DNA of 64,000 nt, from contig OZ242180.1 of the NCBI GenBank assembly GCA_965205485.1, positions 1,920,001 through 1,984,000 on the forward strand. The letters run 5' to 3'. Positions within the stretch are counted from its first letter, which is position 1. Each line of letters begins with the position of its first letter. The notes beneath the pieces are model-generated. The model was not told the DNA's origin and searched no databases. It saw nothing but the letters and a program-made list of their open reading frames with translations. Of this stretch, positions 61,022 to 64,000 are shown piece after piece. The translations under genes and the position numbers were made by a program. This stretch comes from Candidatus Latescibacterota bacterium (GTDB lineage: Bacteria; Latescibacterota; UBA2968; GCA-2709665).

Positions 61022-61834
61022 TCAATTCCTCTCGACAAGCAGAATGGACGCCCGTTCGGCAAACACCGACGCGGGCACCGAGACTCGTCCTTCTTCGGCG
61101 TCAAGCACCACGGCCGTGGCGGTGATCTGGACAATCTCTCCCTGGTGGTCCCCAACGCTGACCCGATGGCCGACCCGGTAGGTCTTCTGCAGGTAGTATG
61201 AAGCCAGGATATTGGCCACGGTGGTACGGGCCCCGAGAGCGAAGGTCAGTGCGCTGCCAAGCAGGGCGATACCGAGTACGAGTAGAAGCCCGCTGGTCAG
61301 CAGGTCGACGTTCAGACCCGCCTGGTTTACGGCAATCAGGGCACTCGCGACCACGACAGCCATCTGACCCAGACGCGCGAGGGCCGTCGCGTAGGCAATC
61401 CCCGTCGACAGGATTACATCCCTGAGAAACTGACCGCCGATCAGGCCGGCGAACAGGATCAGGACTGCCGCGAGGAACCGCGGCAGATACACGACGATGC
61501 CGTTGAGCCAGACGGACACCACGGGCAGCCCGAGTATCTCGGTAGCCAGGGTGAGGAAAAAGAGCAAAACCAGCCAGAAGAGCACACGACCGACCGCCCA
61601 GCCGGCCGCGTTCCGGAATTCCGCTCCTCGCCCTCGGTGCAGCCTGAGCTTCGGAACCAGCCGGTCCAGCCCGGCGATCAGCCTGCGGCTCAGGGCGCGC
61701 ACCAGATACGCCAGCGCCAGACCGAGCAATGCCAGCGCAAGGGCGCCCGCGACCCGCGGTGCGGCATCGATCACCTGGTGGGCTATTTGCTGGATCTGCA
61801 CCTTGAGTTGGGCGATCACTTCCTGGTAAGACAA
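61022..61834 (-). CDS. Small-conductance mechanosensitive channel-like protein
   Basis: Multiple TM helices, FALGARTTVANILAS, VGHRVSVGDHQGEIVQI. Confidence 0.85.
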   Translation of the reverse strand: MSYQEVIAQLKVQIQQIAHQVIDAAPRVAGALALALLGLALAYLVRALSRRLIAGLDRLVPKLRLHRGRGAEFRNAAGWAVGRVLFWLVLLFFLTLATEILGLPVVSVWLNGIVVYLPRFLAAVLILFAGLIGGQFLRDVILSTGIAYATALARLGQMAVVVASALIAVNQAGLNVDLLTSGLLLVLGIALLGSALTFALGARTTVANILASYYLQKTYRVGHRVSVGDHQGEIVQITATAVVLDAEEGRVSVPASVFAERASILLVERN

Positions 61835-61902
61835 TTCACGGGTCCTTTCTCATCAGAAAATTCTGAAACGGCCGATTTATGTCGTCCCGTTTTCCCCACT
61901 GC

Positions 61903-63069
61903 TTACCTCGTCAGGCCGGGAATCCCTCGACGGGTGTCCTCCACGACGAGGTCGACCACTTCCCGCAGGGCTTCAGGTTCCGAATCGCCTTCCAGTCGCC
62001 GCAGGCGGAAATGGTCGATCTGGCGGTCCGCGCCGGTACCGTTTCGTATGACGGTCAGCGCATGGCGCAGTTCAGGCTCGCAATTCAGCGCCCGCGCGTC
62101 TTCCGCAAGATCGTCCACGAGCGAGTGCGCGAGTTCGTCGATGTCCGTGCGTCCCTTTCCACCGGTATTGCCCAGGAAGGCAAGCACGCCGTATCGTTGC
62201 GCGAGCCAGCAGTTTTCGGCGATCAACTCTGTTGGCGGCTCCGGCGGAAGCCGACCCTCCAGATCCAGCCGGAGCAGGTAACGCACAAGAGAAGCATATA
62301 ACGCGACCACGCAGACCGCTTCTTCGATGGTGTGGCAGATGTCGCAGATGCGCAGTTCCACCGTTGGATAGGCGCGGGATGGCCGGATATGCCACCAGAG
62401 TTCGGTGCTGTCCTGGATGAAATCCATTCGCTGGTAGCCGGATACGAGAAGGTCGAATTCGTCCCACGTCTCAAGAGGCGCGGGGAGGCCCGTGCGCGGC
62501 AGACTGCTGAAGAGCGTGATCCTGTAGGACTTGAATCCGGTTTCCCCGCCGCTGCTGAACGGAGATGAAGCCGAAAGCGCGTGGAGCAGCGGAAGGTGCT
62601 GCCGCAGTGCCGTCATTACCCTCACGCGGCTGTCCGCGTCACCGAATCCGGCGTGAATGTGCATCCCGCCGACGAGCAGTTCTCTAACCGCCTGCTGATA
62701 GGTCGTTGCGAATTGTTCGTAACGCCGTCCTGCGGTAACGACCTGGCTGCGCCAGGCCGCAAAGGGATGGGTGGAGGCGGCCATGACCGCTGCTCCGTAA
62801 TTTGCCGCCACATTGATAACCAGGCGTCGGGTCTCCACCAGGGCTTCGCGGACCTCTGCAACGGATTGGCAGACTCTGGTGGTGGTTTCGATCTGGGATC
62901 GGAGGAATTCCGCAACAACCTTGTGGCGTCCTCGGTTCTTATCGCAATCCTCGAAAATTCGAGAGTCCGGATCCGGCAGCAGATTGCGGGTTCCCGGATC
63001 TACGAGGAAGAACTCTTCCTCGATCCCGAGTGTAATTGCAAGGGGATCGTCGTTTTTACCCTGCGCCAC
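61903..63069 (-). CDS. Carboxylate-amine ligase, YbdK/GCS2 family
   Basis: TLGIEEEFFLVD, GMHIHAG, LSASSPF, LWWHIRPS..YPTVELRICD. Confidence 0.93.
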   Translation of the reverse strand: MAQGKNDDPLAITLGIEEEFFLVDPGTRNLLPDPDSRIFEDCDKNRGRHKVVAEFLRSQIETTTRVCQSVAEVREALVETRRLVINVAANYGAAVMAASTHPFAAWRSQVVTAGRRYEQFATTYQQAVRELLVGGMHIHAGFGDADSRVRVMTALRQHLPLLHALSASSPFSSGGETGFKSYRITLFSSLPRTGLPAPLETWDEFDLLVSGYQRMDFIQDSTELWWHIRPSRAYPTVELRICDICHTIEEAVCVVALYASLVRYLLRLDLEGRLPPEPPTELIAENCWLAQRYGVLAFLGNTGGKGRTDIDELAHSLVDDLAEDARALNCEPELRHALTVIRNGTGADRQIDHFRLRRLEGDSEPEALREVVDLVVEDTRRGIPGLTR

Positions 63070-63297
63070 TTTGCCTCCTCGAACTCCCGGGGGTTTTGGA
63101 ACGGATACATTTCGGCGCCGGCCTGCCGGTCCTCAGGACGGCACTCGTTTGTGTACTTGAAGTGTACCGGAGTCGCTCTATATTTCTCGCTGCCGGCCTG
63201 GCGGTTGCCTCCGGCCGGGTATATTTATACCACATTTGCCTCTTGCAGCGCAACTGTTTTTCATTTTTTCACTGCCGTCCGGGATCGTTTTTTCAAA

Positions 63298-63632
63298 CCG
63301 CTATCACGACATGATCCACCCGTACCCCGAGCGAGGGCATCCTGCCCTCGAACTTCGCGTCGCCTACCCCTATTCGTGTCGAGCGCCCGACGTGTCCATT
63401 CAATCCGACACCGGTTCGCGGAAAACACGGTGTGCGACGAGCTATCCGACGTCGAGGGCAGGATGCCCTCGCTCCCGGGAACGCCAACCACACCGGTCCA
63501 AAATCGGTACCTGTTATGGACAGCCGTGGCCAGGAGAATGTGGCCTGCATTGGCACTACGATACGACGATCAAGAAAACCAGGTACTTACGCATCCAGGA
63601 TCGTCCTTTGCAAACTGTCCTGGACAGCAGTG
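63298..63632 (+). repeat. Intergenic repeat, long form containing a REPIN-like element (63329-63474)
   Basis: GAGCGAGGGCATCCTGCCCTCG arms; flanks homologous to 55501-55686. Confidence 0.88.
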
Positions 63633-63707
63633 ATTTGTCACCGTCATTGAACGTCTGATTTGCTCACACGGAACCGGTTTCAGGGACATTGCTCCCGGGA
63701 GGGCATT

Positions 63708-64000
63708 GTGGACAGCGCTTCAGATGGGGAACGGCTGGAAGAACTCCGATGCGTGGTGAATCGGAATCGGCTTGTTGAAACGGCGAAGGCGCTGATTTCA
63801 GTACCCAGCCCCACGCGGAGCGCCGGCGCCGTGGCGGACCGTCTCGCGGAGATACTGGCCGACGACGGATTCGAAGTGAAACGGCCGGAAGCAGACTGGC
63901 CCGAAGCGCCCGCCGTGGTCGTCCGGCTGGAAACAGGGCGGCCGGGACGAACGCTGCAGTTCGACGGGCACCTGGATACGGTTCACCTGCCGTTTGTTCC
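63708..64000 (+). CDS. M20/ArgE-DapE family metallopeptidase (5' part, runs off the window)
   Basis: Manual translation ...LISVPSPT...GRTLQFDGHLDTV; GGGAGG before GTG. Confidence 0.85.
   Translation, partial: MDSASDGERLEELRCVVNRNRLVETAKALISVPSPTRSAGAVADRLAEILADDGFEVKRPEADWPEAPAVVVRLETGRPGRTLQFDGHLDTVHLPFV

Noticed and set aside
61903..63069. YbdK as part of the UBact system (same ligase superfamily as PafA/Dop)
   Set aside because: About 31 kb away, in a different operon, with ordinary GCS2 motifs
1..64000. tRNA, rRNA or known riboswitch
   Set aside because: None recognised by eye; a covariance-model scan was not possible

Overview
GC-rich bacterial window. The C-terminal FlgD/CTD-like sorting tail, the many dockerin-like EF-hand tails and a UBact-proteasome locus suggest a Latescibacterota-like lineage (inference only). 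Coding content: Uma2 nuclease, an IS481 element, msrP, a 13-kb tandem array of six secreted proteins sharing a dockerin-like C-terminal module (three HEFQH metallopeptidases, two repeat-domain proteins, one WD40 protein), a complete arc-dop-ubact-prcB-prcA-pafA locus, an SOS-type radical SAM gene, exported msrAB, a beta-oxidation cluster, and transport/housekeeping genes. The most unusual signal is non-coding: a modular dispersed repeat with 7 core copies, all on the + strand. Its invariant 12-bp inverted repeat encloses a sequence-variable segment of fixed 81-82 nt length and is followed by hairpins with compensatory changes. One copy has IS481 inserted in a hairpin loop, and another carries a short IS481-derived fragment between 20-bp direct repeats. 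Several other small MITE/REP-like elements are present. Some frameshifts look like sequencing indels, so single-copy oddities need read-level checks. No rRNA, tRNA or CRISPR array was recognised.
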